From the NCBI GenBank assembly GCA_963668645.2, contig CAXXWC010000019.1, forward strand, positions 96,001 to 160,000: a DNA stretch of 64,000 nt, in the 5' to 3' direction. A program made the translations under genes and the position numbers. The notes below the pieces were generated by a model. The model searched no databases and was not told the origin of the DNA. It saw only the letters and a list, made by a program, of their open reading frames with translations. Positions 19,906-30,216 of the stretch are shown one piece after another. Each line of letters opens with the position of its first letter. The stretch's first letter is position 1. The stretch is from Desulfobacterales bacterium. Its GTDB lineage: Bacteria; Desulfobacterota; Desulfobacteria; Desulfobacterales; UBA2174.

Positions 19906-20922
19906 ATGAAAACTGCCCGCCTCTTTTCGCTGCTTTGCCTGTCTGCCCTGGCCCTCTCAATGCTGGGTGCCCCTGCCCCGGCTGCCGCCGCATCGGTGGA
20001 ATTGACCTATTCCATCTTTTTTCCGGCGGCCCATGGCCAGTGCCAGGCAGCCATGGCATGGGCTGCGGAAATCGAAAAGCGGACTGGCGGAGAGGTCAAA
20101 ATCACCGTCTTTCCCGGAGGTACCCTGACCAAACCCAACCAGGCCTACGATGGGACCGTCAAGGGCATCTCGGACATCGCCATGTCGGCCTTTGCCTATA
20201 CCCGGGGACGTTTTCCGGTAATCGAGGCCTTGGACCTGCCGGTGGGATACACCAGCGGGTTGCAGGCCACCCGGGTGGCCAATGCCTTCTACCAGTCCGA
20301 AAAGCCCGAAGAACTCAACGATGTGAAAGTCCTCTATCTGCATGCCCACGGCCCGGGCCTGCTGCACACCCGGAAACCGGTGGCCAGCCTGGAAGATCTC
20401 AAGGGCATGAAGATCCGCTCCACTGGCCTGAGCGCCAAGGTGGTCGAGGCCCTGGGGGGCGTGCCGGTGGCCAAACCCCAGAATGAAACCTATGAAAATC
20501 TGCAAAAAGGCGTGGTGGAAGGCACCTTCGGCCCCATTGAGGTTCTCAAGGGATGGCGCCAGGCCGAAGTGATCAAGAGCACCACCGAATGCGACGTCGT
20601 CGGCTACACCACCGCCATGTTCGTGGTGATGAACCGTGGCAAGTGGAACGCCCTCAGCGATGCCCATAAGGCGGTCTTAGAGGCGGTCAGCAACGAGTGG
20701 ATCGACGTTCACGGCCGTCGCTGGGATGAGGTTGACAAGGAGGGGCGGGCTTATACCCTGAGCCTGGGCAACACCATTGTACCGCTGGCGGCGGCTGAAA
20801 AAGAGCGCTGGCGCACCGCGGTGCAGCCGGTGATCGACCAGTACGTGGCCGGAATCAGCGCCAAGGGCCTGAACGGCAAAGAAATCATCGCGACCCTCGA
20901 ACGGCTCCTGGCCGAAAAATAA
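19906..20922 (+). CDS. dctP: TRAP transporter substrate-binding protein
   Basis: Signal peptide, [40 protein letters not shown]. Confidence 0.92.
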   Translation: MKTARLFSLLCLSALALSMLGAPAPAAAASVELTYSIFFPAAHGQCQAAMAWAAEIEKRTGGEVKITVFPGGTLTKPNQAYDGTVKGISDIAMSAFAYTRGRFPVIEALDLPVGYTSGLQATRVANAFYQSEKPEELNDVKVLYLHAHGPGLLHTRKPVASLEDLKGMKIRSTGLSAKVVEALGGVPVAKPQNETYENLQKGVVEGTFGPIEVLKGWRQAEVIKSTTECDVVGYTTAMFVVMNRGKWNALSDAHKAVLEAVSNEWIDVHGRRWDEVDKEGRAYTLSLGNTIVPLAAAEKERWRTAVQPVIDQYVAGISAKGLNGKEIIATLERLLAEK

Positions 20923-20942
20923 AATTGGGAGGCAAAGCGTCC

Positions 20943-21425
20943 ATGCGACCTTTGATCCAACGCCTCGGCTGGCTCACCCGGGGCCTCAACGCCCTGGCGG
21001 CCGCGGCCGTGATGGGGATGATGCTGCTGACCTGCGCCGACATCTTCATGCGCCTGATGCGCCACCCGATCACCGGCACCTATGAAACCGTGGGCTTCAT
21101 GGGAGCCTTGTGCGTGTCCCTGGCCCTGGCTCAGACCAGCGTGGACAAGGGGCACATCGCGGTCGACTTTCTCGTCCAGCGACTGTCGGAAAAAAGCCAG
21201 AAGACCATCGAGGCGATCAATAGCCTGATCAGTGCGGTTTTCTTTCTCGTGGTGGCCTGGCAGGGCGTTCGCTACGGTCTGGAATTAAAGGCCAGTGGGG
21301 AAGTTTCGATGACCCTGCAAACCCCCATCTACCCTATCGTCTACGGCCTGGCGGCCGGATGTGCCGTGCTGAGCCTGGTGCTGGCCGCCAGACTGGTGGA
21401 CATCGTCAGTCAGTGGCGAAAATAA
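20943..21425 (+). CDS. dctQ: TRAP transporter small permease
   Basis: Four hydrophobic segments, GHIAVD motif, located between dctP and dctM. Confidence 0.9.
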   Translation: MRPLIQRLGWLTRGLNALAAAAVMGMMLLTCADIFMRLMRHPITGTYETVGFMGALCVSLALAQTSVDKGHIAVDFLVQRLSEKSQKTIEAINSLISAVFFLVVAWQGVRYGLELKASGEVSMTLQTPIYPIVYGLAAGCAVLSLVLAARLVDIVSQWRK

Positions 21426-21527
21426 GCCGGACCGTTTTCAAAGCTTCGGATCCGGTCCGGCAAACGCGTTTCAACCTTCAACCGGCCGCCCAGCACCACC
21501 GGGCTTCCAGAAAATCGCAGAACCGGC

Positions 21528-22829
21528 ATGAGCCCAACCGCTAGCGGAGTCGTCGGTCTGACGGCTCTTTTCGTCCTGATCTTTTCGCGCATGCCCGTCG
21601 GTTTCGTCATGATGCTGCTCGGGTTCGCCGGATTCGGCTATGTGGTCAACTTCAGCGCGTCCCTCAACGTGGTAGTCAGAGACCTCTTCGACGTCTTCGG
21701 GTCTTACAACCTGTCGGTGATCCCCCTGTTCATTCTCATGGGGCAGATCGCCTACCATTCGGGGATCAGCCGGCGGCTTTTCAACGTCGCCTACAAGTTC
21801 ATCGGCCACTGGCCCGGAGGCATGGCCATCGCCACTATCGGCGCCTGCGCCGGATTTTCGGCCATCTGCGGGTCAACCAACGCCACGGCAGCCACCATGG
21901 CGGCCGTGACCATGCCCGAAATGCGCCGCTACCGCTATCGGGACACCCTGGCCGCGGGAGTGGTGGCCGCCGGCGGCAGCCTGGGGATCATGATTCCGCC
22001 CAGCGTGATCTTCATCATTTATGGCATCATGACCGAACAGTCCATCGGCAAGCTCTTCATCGCCGGGGTTCTACCCGGGATCCTGCTGACCGTTCTCTTT
22101 GCCGCCACCGTCATTGTCTGGGCCGTTGTCGATCCCACCGTAGCCCCCCGCGGACCGCGAAGCGGCTGGAAAGAACGTTTCGATTCGCTGTCCGGGGTAG
22201 TGGAAACCCTGATCCTCTTCGTGCTGGTCATGGGCGGACTCTTTCTGGGGATCTGCACGCCCACCGAAGCCGGGGCCCTTGGCGCCTTCGGTACCCTGAC
22301 CATCGCCGTGGTGCGCCGCACCATAACCTGGCGCAACCTGGTGCAGGCCCTCCAAGAAACCACCCGCATCTCGTGCATGATCCTGGTGATCGTGGCCGGC
22401 GCCACCGTCTTCGGCCATTTCCTGGCCGTCACGCGCATCCCCTTCGATATCGCCAACTGGGTGGCGGGGTTTCAAATGCCCCCCGCGGTCATCATGAGCC
22501 TGATCATCCTGGTCTACCTGGTGGGTGGCTGCTTCATCGATTCGCTGGCCCTGATCATGCTCACCGTGCCGATCTTCTATCCGGTGGTGCTCGACCTGGG
22601 CTTCGATCCGATGTGGTTCGGGGTGGTCATCGTCCTGGTTACGCAGATCGGCGTGATCACCCCGCCGGTAGGGGTCAACGCCTACGTGGTCAGCGGGGTG
22701 GTGATGGACGTACCGCTGGAGGATATCTTCAAGGGCGTCGTACCGCTGTTGGGGGCCCTGATCATCGGCACCCTGTTGATGATCCCGTTTCCCCAGATCG
22801 CACTCTGGCTGCCGGGGCTGATGAAGTAG
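21528..22829 (+). CDS. dctM: TRAP transporter large permease
   Basis: IPLFILMG, GSLGIMIPPS, TPTEAGA, ITPPVGVN. Confidence 0.94.
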   Translation: MSPTASGVVGLTALFVLIFSRMPVGFVMMLLGFAGFGYVVNFSASLNVVVRDLFDVFGSYNLSVIPLFILMGQIAYHSGISRRLFNVAYKFIGHWPGGMAIATIGACAGFSAICGSTNATAATMAAVTMPEMRRYRYRDTLAAGVVAAGGSLGIMIPPSVIFIIYGIMTEQSIGKLFIAGVLPGILLTVLFAATVIVWAVVDPTVAPRGPRSGWKERFDSLSGVVETLILFVLVMGGLFLGICTPTEAGALGAFGTLTIAVVRRTITWRNLVQALQETTRISCMILVIVAGATVFGHFLAVTRIPFDIANWVAGFQMPPAVIMSLIILVYLVGGCFIDSLALIMLTVPIFYPVVLDLGFDPMWFGVVIVLVTQIGVITPPVGVNAYVVSGVVMDVPLEDIFKGVVPLLGALIIGTLLMIPFPQIALWLPGLMK

Positions 22830-22856
22830 CAAATGGGGGGAAAAACCGGCGCGGAC

Positions 22857-23288
22857 CTATAGAGAATAGAGCTGTTCGGCCGAAAGCACGTTGACACCGC
22901 CTGCCTGGAGCGTGGCGACGGCTCCGTTCAGATCCTCGAGGTTGAGGATCAACACGGCCTTCTCGCCGTTTTTCTGCACAAAAGCGTACATATACTCCAC
23001 GTTGCGCCCCTGCTGGGCCAGCAGCCGCAGCAGCCGGCCCAGGGATCCGGGGCGATCGTCGATCTCTATGGCGATCACCTCGCTTTGGCGCACCGGGTAG
23101 CCGTAATCCTTCAGCACCCGGCTGGCCTTGGCCGTATCGTCCAGCACCATGCGCAGGACCCCGAAATCCTTGGTATCGGCCAGGCTCATGGCACGGATGT
23201 TGACCCCGATCTCGCCAAGGATGGCGGCGATATCCGCCATCGTTCCGGGGCTGTTGGAGACGAACAACGACAGTTGCGGAATCTTCAT
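22857..23288 (-). CDS. Tandem ACT-domain protein
   Basis: QLSLFVSNSPG...NIRAMSLADTKDFGVLR...DDRPGSL...NVEYMYAF. Confidence 0.88.
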   Translation of the reverse strand: MKIPQLSLFVSNSPGTMADIAAILGEIGVNIRAMSLADTKDFGVLRMVLDDTAKASRVLKDYGYPVRQSEVIAIEIDDRPGSLGRLLRLLAQQGRNVEYMYAFVQKNGEKAVLILNLEDLNGAVATLQAGGVNVLSAEQLYSL

Positions 23289-23409
23289 GGCCCCTCCCGG
23301 GGTGGTTGGTGAGTCAACGAAAACGCGCCGGTGCTTTCCATCCAGCGAAGCCGGTTCAGCGCGCAAAGATTCTGCACCTTCGGATCCTAAATTTCAAGTC
23401 GCCCGTTTT

Positions 23410-24447
23410 TCAAACCGGATACGGCACCTGATCCAGGCCGTCGCTTTCGGCTAGGCCGAGCATCAGGTTCATGTTCTGCACCGCCTGGCCTGCGGCCCCT
23501 TTTACCAGGTTGTCGATGGCCGACATGAGAATCAAGCGCCGGTGCGGCCGGTCCAGGACCAGCCCGATATCGCAGTAGTTGGTGCCGCGCACATGCCGGG
23601 TATCCGGCACCTGGCCCAGGGGTCGGATCCTCACGAAGGGCCGCCCGGCGTAAAATTCGCGCAGGCAGTCGCGCACCGCCGCCTCATCGACCCCGGAGGC
23701 CGGAAGGGCGTAAATCGTGGTCTGCATCCCGCGGCTCATGGGCACCAGGTGGGGCACGAAGGTCAGGCCGACCGGGCGGCCGGCCTGTTCGCCAAGGATC
23801 GCCTCCATCTCCGGATTGTGCCGGTGCTGGGCGACCTTGTAAGGCTTGAACGACTCGCCCGCCTCGCAGATATGCACCGCCAGCGAAGGCGAGCGCCCCG
23901 CCCCGCTGACCCCGGACTTGGCGTCCGCCACCAGGCCATCGGTCTCGATCAATCCGGCCCGCAGGAGAGGGATAAGCGGCAACAGCACGCTGGTGGGATA
24001 GCATCCCGGGTTGCCCACGATAACAGCCCCGGCGATGGCTTCGTCGTAGACCTCGCTCAGCCCGTAAACCGACCGGGCGCACCACTGGCGCGCCGCATGC
24101 GGCTGATAGGCCGCCTCGTATCGATCCGGGTCCCGGAAGCGAAAATCGGCCGAAAGATCGATGACCCGTTTGCCCGCTTCCACCAGCGGCGGGACGATGG
24201 TCATGGGCAGTTTGTGGGGCAAGGCGGTAAAGACCACATCGGCGGCCTCGGCGATCGCCTCGGAGGTAAAGGCCTGGCAGGTCAGATCGACGCGGCCGGT
24301 CATGGCCGGAAACACCTCGGCCAGGGGCACGCCGGCATACTGGCGCGAAGTGACCAGGGTCAGCTGCACCCCGGGATGGCCGGCCAGAATACGCACCAGT
24401 TCGGCTCCGGCATAGCCGGTGGCGCCGATGACGGCAACACGGGTCAT
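23410..24447 (-). CDS. argC: N-acetyl-gamma-glutamyl-phosphate reductase
   Basis: GATGYAG, DLSADFR, GNPGCYPT, SGVSGAG, IDNLVKGAAGQA. Confidence 0.97.
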   Translation of the reverse strand: MTRVAVIGATGYAGAELVRILAGHPGVQLTLVTSRQYAGVPLAEVFPAMTGRVDLTCQAFTSEAIAEAADVVFTALPHKLPMTIVPPLVEAGKRVIDLSADFRFRDPDRYEAAYQPHAARQWCARSVYGLSEVYDEAIAGAVIVGNPGCYPTSVLLPLIPLLRAGLIETDGLVADAKSGVSGAGRSPSLAVHICEAGESFKPYKVAQHRHNPEMEAILGEQAGRPVGLTFVPHLVPMSRGMQTTIYALPASGVDEAAVRDCLREFYAGRPFVRIRPLGQVPDTRHVRGTNYCDIGLVLDRPHRRLILMSAIDNLVKGAAGQAVQNMNLMLGLAESDGLDQVPYPV

Positions 24448-24462
24448 GGAATTTTCCTTCCG

Positions 24463-24498
24463 TTCATATACGTCTTATAAGACCTATATGACCTATAA
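24463..24498. repeat. 9-bp-period tandem microarray
   Basis: ttcatatac gtcttataa gacctatat gacctataa. Confidence 0.55.
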
Positions 24499-24512
24499 GC
24501 ACTAGCGGTCTT

Positions 24513-25229
24513 TCACCCGCCCAAATAGGCCGCCTTGATTTCCGGATTGTCGAGCAGATCGCGGCTTTTGCCTTCCAGGACAAGGTGACCTGTTTCCAGT
24601 ACATAGCCGCGCTGGGCGAATTTCAGGGCCAGCCGGGCGTTTTGTTCGACGAGCAGGATGGCGGTGCCCTCCCGGGCGTTGATCTCTTTTAAGGCATCGA
24701 AAACCCCGAGCATCAACAAGGGTGCAAGCCCCATGGAGGGCTCGTCTAAAAGCATCATGCGCCGGCCGCTCATGAAGGCGCGGCCGATGGCCAGCATCTG
24801 CTGCTCCCCGCCGGAAAGGGTGCCTGCCTTTTGCTGATCCCGCTCCTTGAGGCGCGGGAACAGGGCGAAGACCCGCTCCAGGTCTTCATCGATACGCTCC
24901 CGGTCCCGGCGGGCGAAACAGGCCAGAATCAGGTTTTCCATCACGGTCAGATTGCCGAAAAGACGCCGGCCCTCGGGCACATGGCTGATCCCGAGCCGGC
25001 TGACGACCTTGTCGGGCGCAAAGGCGAGCAGATCCTGGCCCCGGTAAGTCATGCGACTGCCTTCGAGAACCGGCACCATACGCGATATGGCGCGCAGAGC
25101 CGTGCTCTTGCCGGCCCCGTTGGCACCGATGATGGTGATGATCTCGCCCTCATCGATGCTGAAACTAACGCCCTGCAAGGCCTTGATCTGGCCGTAGGAG
25201 ACCCGCAAATTTTCCACTTCGAGCAGCAT
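24513..25229 (-). CDS. livF: Branched-chain amino acid ABC ATPase
   Basis: GANGAGKST, LSGGEQQMLAIGR, LDEPSMGLAP, VEQNA. Confidence 0.92.
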   Translation of the reverse strand: MLLEVENLRVSYGQIKALQGVSFSIDEGEIITIIGANGAGKSTALRAISRMVPVLEGSRMTYRGQDLLAFAPDKVVSRLGISHVPEGRRLFGNLTVMENLILACFARRDRERIDEDLERVFALFPRLKERDQQKAGTLSGGEQQMLAIGRAFMSGRRMMLLDEPSMGLAPLLMLGVFDALKEINAREGTAILLVEQNARLALKFAQRGYVLETGHLVLEGKSRDLLDNPEIKAAYLGG

Positions 25230-25999
25230 TATTCCACCGTTTCCTTGCCCAGGTAGGCTTCGATCACCTGCGGATTGTTCTGAATCTCCTCGGGTGTGCC
25301 TTCGGCGATCACCTCCCCGAAGACCAGGGTCTGAATCCGATGGCACAACTCCATGACCATCTTCAGGCGGTGCTCGATGAGAAAAATCGCCAGGCCCAGT
25401 TGCTGGTGAAGCTGGCGGATGATGCCCATCATCTGGCCGAGTTCCTCGGGGGTCATGCCCACGGTGGGTTCGTCGAGAAAAAGCACCTTGGGTTCCACGG
25501 CCAGGGCCCGGGCCAACTCCACGCGGCGCTGTGCTCCGTAGGGCAGGTTCAACACCCCCTGGTCGGCCAGGTGCCCGATGCCCACCAGATCGAGCAGCTC
25601 CCGCGACCTCGCCTCGATGTACGCCTCCTGGCGGTGGCGCTTGGGAGTGGCGAAAAAAGCGCCGGCCAGCCCGTATTCGATGCGCGCATAGTGGGCCATG
25701 CGCACGTGATCGAGGACCGACATGTGCCGCCAGAGACAAAGATTCTGGAAGGTCCGCCCCAGCCCGCGGGCCGCGATCTGGTTGGGGGCCAACCCGACGA
25801 TGGACCGGTCGTTGAGCAGAATGTCTCCCTGGCTCGGTTTGTAGATCCCGGTAAGCAGGTTGAAGATGGTGGTCTTGCCTGCGCCGTTGGGACCGATGAG
25901 CCCGACGATCTGGCCGGTCTCGATCTTCAGATTGTAGTCGTACACAGCCCGCAGGCCGCCGAAATAATGGGTCATATGCTCAACGCGCAGCAATCCCAT
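25229..25999 (-). CDS. livG: Branched-chain amino acid ABC ATPase
   Basis: GPNGAGKTT, RTFQN, LPYGAQRRVELARAL, VIEAYLG. Confidence 0.92.
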   Translation of the reverse strand: MGLLRVEHMTHYFGGLRAVYDYNLKIETGQIVGLIGPNGAGKTTIFNLLTGIYKPSQGDILLNDRSIVGLAPNQIAARGLGRTFQNLCLWRHMSVLDHVRMAHYARIEYGLAGAFFATPKRHRQEAYIEARSRELLDLVGIGHLADQGVLNLPYGAQRRVELARALAVEPKVLFLDEPTVGMTPEELGQMMGIIRQLHQQLGLAIFLIEHRLKMVMELCHRIQTLVFGEVIAEGTPEEIQNNPQVIEAYLGKETVE

Positions 26000-26000
26000 A

Positions 26001-27356
26001 TCACACCTTTGGTCCCGGTTCGGTTCGCGGTGCCATGGCCTTGCGCAGGTCGAAATCGCGAAAGGCGACCAGCCCGGTGGGCCGGTAAATCATCACCAGA
26101 ATGAGCAGCAGCGGGATGAAGATCCACTTGAGGATCTCCAGGGGCCGCAACGCCTCGCCGAGCAGACTGATCGACACCGCCCCCACGATGGAACCGTACA
26201 CCGAATTGAGCCCCCCGAAGTAGACCATGGCCAGAACCTCGGCCAGCTTCTGGACCCCGAACATGGCCGGATTGATGTAGCGCAGCACGTGGGCCAGCAG
26301 GCCGCCGGCGACACCGGCCCAGAAAGCGCCCACCAGAAAGGCGGTCATCTTGGCCTGGCGGGTATTGACGGTCATGGCCTCGGCCGCCAGTTCGTCGTCG
26401 CGCACCGCATTGAGGGCCTTGCCCAAAGTCGAGGTAACGAAGTTGTTGATCATCCAGATCCCGAGGACCACGACGGTGAAGATCACCGGCAGGCTGGCCC
26501 AGTCCGGCTGGCCGGCGATGCCTCGCGCCCCGCCGAGGGATTGAAGATTCTCGAAGAGGCTCTTAATGATGAACAGAAAGGCCAGGCTGATGATGGCCAG
26601 GTAGTCTCCCCGGGTTTTGAACGACGGGATGGCGACGATCAGGGCGCCGATGGCCGCTGCGATCCCTCCGACAACGAGGGCCAGCGGGAAGGTCAGATAA
26701 TCCATCGGCATGGCGATCAGGGCCTTGCCCAGGACCTTGTCGTCAACGAAAAGGCCCACGGTGAACAGGGACGAAACGTACGCCCCGATGGCCATGAACC
26801 CCGGATGGGAGCAGGAAAACTCGCCCATGTACCCGTTGATGATGTTCAGGCTCAGGGTAAAGAGCACCGCGATGAGGGTCAGGTTCAGGGTGATGAGCCG
26901 ATAATCGCTCATGCCGGCCCAGATATGCAGGGTGAAATAGATCAGCGCCAGGTGCACCAGCGCGGATACCAGCAAGGGCATGCGGCCGAGAACCCGGGCG
27001 GCCCGGTTGGCCGGGCCGGCACCCAGGCGGCCGACGATGATCATGGGGGCCAGATAGACGATGGCGAAATAGACCAGGGCCGCCGGTACCTGGAGCAGGC
27101 TGCCGGCCTCAAAGGCCGCGTCCTTGAACAGGGCGTTGAGCACTCCGGCCACGACCTTGGAGATGGTCAGGATTCCGAAGAGCACCGGCATCTTGGTAAG
27201 CTGGAGAACTTCGGCCAGGCGTTCACCGAAAAAGTTCTCGATGAGCACGCCGGCCATGGCCCCGAGGAGAACGCCGAGCAGGGGCGCTGGACCGATAATC
27301 CGGTCCAGAACGTGCCGGGCGCCGCCGGGTAAAGTCGTTGCTTGAGTCTGGGTCAT
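26001..27356 (-). CDS. livM: Branched-chain amino acid ABC permease with N-terminal extension
   Basis: SLNIINGYMGEFS, RGDYLAIISLAF, AVRDDELAAEAM. Confidence 0.88.
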   Translation of the reverse strand: MTQTQATTLPGGARHVLDRIIGPAPLLGVLLGAMAGVLIENFFGERLAEVLQLTKMPVLFGILTISKVVAGVLNALFKDAAFEAGSLLQVPAALVYFAIVYLAPMIIVGRLGAGPANRAARVLGRMPLLVSALVHLALIYFTLHIWAGMSDYRLITLNLTLIAVLFTLSLNIINGYMGEFSCSHPGFMAIGAYVSSLFTVGLFVDDKVLGKALIAMPMDYLTFPLALVVGGIAAAIGALIVAIPSFKTRGDYLAIISLAFLFIIKSLFENLQSLGGARGIAGQPDWASLPVIFTVVVLGIWMINNFVTSTLGKALNAVRDDELAAEAMTVNTRQAKMTAFLVGAFWAGVAGGLLAHVLRYINPAMFGVQKLAEVLAMVYFGGLNSVYGSIVGAVSISLLGEALRPLEILKWIFIPLLLILVMIYRPTGLVAFRDFDLRKAMAPRTEPGPKV

Positions 27357-27396
27357 GGAACCGCTTCCTTGTACCGCCGGCCGCCGCCGGGCCCCA

Positions 27397-28362
27397 TCAG
27401 AGGCGCAGCTTGGCGCTGTACGGTTCACCGAAAAGCCCGTGGGGGCGAAAAACGAGGATCACCAGCACGATGGAATAGGCGATCAGATCACGTAGATTGG
27501 AACCGATATTGAGCGCGAAGAGTCGATTGACGATCTGGATTCCCGGAACGGTCATAATCTCGATAAAACCGAGCATGAAGCCGGCGATACAGGCCCCCAT
27601 GATGGAACCACGCCCCCCGAGAATCGCGGCCACGAACGCTTTCCAGCCGAAACTGACCCCCATGTAGGGGTCCAGGACCGGGTAGGCCAGCCCGAAGAGG
27701 ATGCCCGCCGCGGCGGCCAGGGCCGAGCCGAGGGCGAAGGTCATCACCGCAATGGTGTTCAACGGCACGCCCACCAGCGGCACCACCACGAAATCGTAGG
27801 CCATGGCGCGCATCGCCATGCCCCAGCGCGAGCGGGTGACGAACTGGTGCAGCGCGATCATCAGGCCGAGGGAGACCAGCACGATCATGATCTTCTTGTT
27901 GGTGATGAAGATCCCGCCGAGGTTGTAGGTCTGCGACTTGATCAACTGGGGAAAGGCCAGCCGCTGCCCCCCGAGAAACAGGATGTTGCTCGTTTCGAGG
28001 ATGATCCCGATCATCAGGCCGGTGATGGCCGCCGAGGCCCGCGGCGCATCGCGCAACGGGCGGTAGCCGATCCGTTCGACGATGATCCCCACAAAGGCGG
28101 TCAGAAACATGGAGATCAGGATGGTGGCCACCAGGACAATCCACCCGGGCACGATGGCGGCGGCCCCCGTACCCACGAGCTTTAGCAGCACCAGCGAGAC
28201 CCCCAGGCCGATATAGGCGCCCACCATGAAGATGTCGCCGTGGGCGAAGTTAAACAGCATCAAGATGCTGTAAACCATCGAATAGCCTAGGGCGATCAGG
28301 GCGTAGAAACTTCCCCACTGCAAAGCGTTGATCAGGTTTTGCATGAAAAAATTGAAATTCAT
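27397..28362 (-). CDS. livH: Branched-chain amino acid ABC permease
   Basis: GSFYALIALGYSMVY..FNFAHGD, KAFVAAILGG. Confidence 0.92.
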   Translation of the reverse strand: MNFNFFMQNLINALQWGSFYALIALGYSMVYSILMLFNFAHGDIFMVGAYIGLGVSLVLLKLVGTGAAAIVPGWIVLVATILISMFLTAFVGIIVERIGYRPLRDAPRASAAITGLMIGIILETSNILFLGGQRLAFPQLIKSQTYNLGGIFITNKKIMIVLVSLGLMIALHQFVTRSRWGMAMRAMAYDFVVVPLVGVPLNTIAVMTFALGSALAAAAGILFGLAYPVLDPYMGVSFGWKAFVAAILGGRGSIMGACIAGFMLGFIEIMTVPGIQIVNRLFALNIGSNLRDLIAYSIVLVILVFRPHGLFGEPYSAKLRL

Positions 28363-28388
28363 GCAGGGTCCCTTTCATGAACAAGCCA

Positions 28389-28419
28389 AGGGGCTCGGGA
28401 ATGCACCCGCCGAGCCCCT
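28389..28419. other. GC-rich stem-loop between the binding-protein gene and livH (mRNA stabiliser or partial terminator)
   Basis: aggggctcgg-N11-ccgagcccct, perfect 10-bp stem. Confidence 0.5.
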
Positions 28420-28460
28420 CACTTTACGTTGCGGCTTCCCGCGATGGGAAACGGATCAGA

Positions 28461-29624
28461 TCACGGGCAAACGGACTTGTGAAAGGCAAACTGGCCCTGA
28501 TCGTTGATTTTCACCACTACGGCGCACTTGATCGGATCCCCCTCGGGGGTAAAGGTCATGTTGCCGGTGATGCCCGGATAGTTCTTGACCTGCGCCAGCG
28601 CGTCCTTGACTTTGGTCCGGTCCGCCTTGATATCGCCGCTCAGGCCACCGGTGTTCTCGATGGCCTTGATCATCAGGCCCAGGGCATCCCAGGTCAGGGC
28701 CGCCACGTCGTCCGGGGTTTTGCCGTAAGCGGCGCTGTACTCGTCGATAAAAGCCTTGGTGGCGCCCTGGGCACCGGCTGCGGCGTAGTGGGTGGAGAAG
28801 TAAAAGCCCTTGCAGGCGTCCCCGCAAAGCCCCATCAGGTCCCCGCTACCCCAGGAGTCGGACCCCAGGATCGGCTTGTTGAAGCCGTTTTCCTGGGCGG
28901 CGCGGACAATCAGCGGCACCTCGGAGTAGTACTGCGGGGTGAAGAGCACATCAGCCCCGGAGGCCACGATATTGGCCATCTGGGCCGAAAAGTCCTTGTC
29001 GCCGGTGGTAAACGACTCGAAGGCCACCACCGAACCGGGGCCGTGGATCTTTTCGAAAGCCTGCTTGAAGAACTCGGCAAGCCCTTTGGGATAGTCGGCC
29101 GCAATGTCATAAAGCACGGCGGCCTTTTTAGCCTTGAGTTCGTCGGTGGCGAAGTTGGCGATCACCGGCCCCTGGAACGGATCCAGAAAACAGCCACGGA
29201 AAACGTAGGGCCGGTTCAAGGTGGTATTGGGATTGGTGGACCAGGGCGAAATCATGGGAGTGGCATAGTTGTTGGCCACCTCGCCGGCCGGAACCGCCTG
29301 GCTGGAGGACTGGGGCCCGACGATCCCGAGCACCTCTTCTTCGGTGATCAGCTTGGTGGCCGCCTTGACGGCCGACTCGGCCTTGTACTCGTTGTCCTCG
29401 TAAATAAACTTCAGATCGTAGGCCTTGCCCGCCACGGTGACGGTGGGGAATTTCTTGAGGTACATCTGGGCTGCGTTCTTGCTCGAAGCCCCCACGTCCG
29501 GGTTTTCGCCGGTCAGGGGGATGGGAAAACCGAGACGGATGACATCGTTCGCGGCCCAAGCAACGGGGGATAAGACCAGTGCCAGACCAATCAGGGTAAC
29601 GATCAAAAGCAGTCCTTTTCGCAT
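28461..29624 (-). CDS. LivK/LivJ-family periplasmic binding protein
   Basis: Signal peptide, PLTG, ISPWSTNP, FRGCFLDPFQG, DKDFSAQ, GITGNMTF. Confidence 0.9.
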   Translation of the reverse strand: MRKGLLLIVTLIGLALVLSPVAWAANDVIRLGFPIPLTGENPDVGASSKNAAQMYLKKFPTVTVAGKAYDLKFIYEDNEYKAESAVKAATKLITEEEVLGIVGPQSSSQAVPAGEVANNYATPMISPWSTNPNTTLNRPYVFRGCFLDPFQGPVIANFATDELKAKKAAVLYDIAADYPKGLAEFFKQAFEKIHGPGSVVAFESFTTGDKDFSAQMANIVASGADVLFTPQYYSEVPLIVRAAQENGFNKPILGSDSWGSGDLMGLCGDACKGFYFSTHYAAAGAQGATKAFIDEYSAAYGKTPDDVAALTWDALGLMIKAIENTGGLSGDIKADRTKVKDALAQVKNYPGITGNMTFTPEGDPIKCAVVVKINDQGQFAFHKSVCP

Positions 29625-29917
29625 CGGCGCCTCCTTTTGCCCTCAAGATGTGAATGGATCGATAATGGGGAGATTCGGCCGGTCTCGTCCTGCAACCGGT
29701 TCAGGGGTAAGGCAAAGTTGATAACACAGGCCCGTGGATATGGCAACGGGCTTTTTGTGCTTCCAGCTCCGAATCAACCACCTGATTTAGTACAAGAAAA
29801 AAACAGACCGCAACTGTGAGTCCGACAACACCCGCAGACCGCCGCGACCCCTACGGGGACCGAAAATTATCACGGCCCGGAAAACAAACAAGGCCTGGCT
29901 CGACCGGTGAAAAGCGC

Positions 29918-30124
29918 TCAGCGCCGCAAATCCCGGATCAAGTCCTGGATGATTCCCAGAACGTTGCGCCCGCGCTCACGTGCGATGCGTCCCGCCTCGT
30001 CGACCACCGCTGTCGCCTGGCGTTGCAAGTCATCCGGCGACGGCCTCGGCAGGCCCCGCTGCTCGTACTGGCGCGCCAACAGCCGCCGGGCCAGGTTGAT
30101 TTTTTGGTCGCGGATAAAGCCCAT
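29918..30124 (-). CDS. Small hypothetical protein (68 aa)
   Basis: Coherent helical ORF, co-oriented downstream of pyk. Confidence 0.6.
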   Translation of the reverse strand: MGFIRDQKINLARRLLARQYEQRGLPRPSPDDLQRQATAVVDEAGRIARERGRNVLGIIQDLIRDLRR

Positions 30125-30176
30125 GGGGTGACTTCTTTGTTTGTTGCAAGAGGCGCAATGCAGGGGCGGATGTGGG

Positions 30177-30216
30177 GGAGAGGCGAAAAATCTTTCGCCT
30201 CTACGACAACCCCTAC
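30177..30216. repeat. Second GTAG-type REP-like palindrome
   Basis: ggagaggcgaaaaatctttcgcctctac followed by aacccctac; resembles the copy at 15535. Confidence 0.65.
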
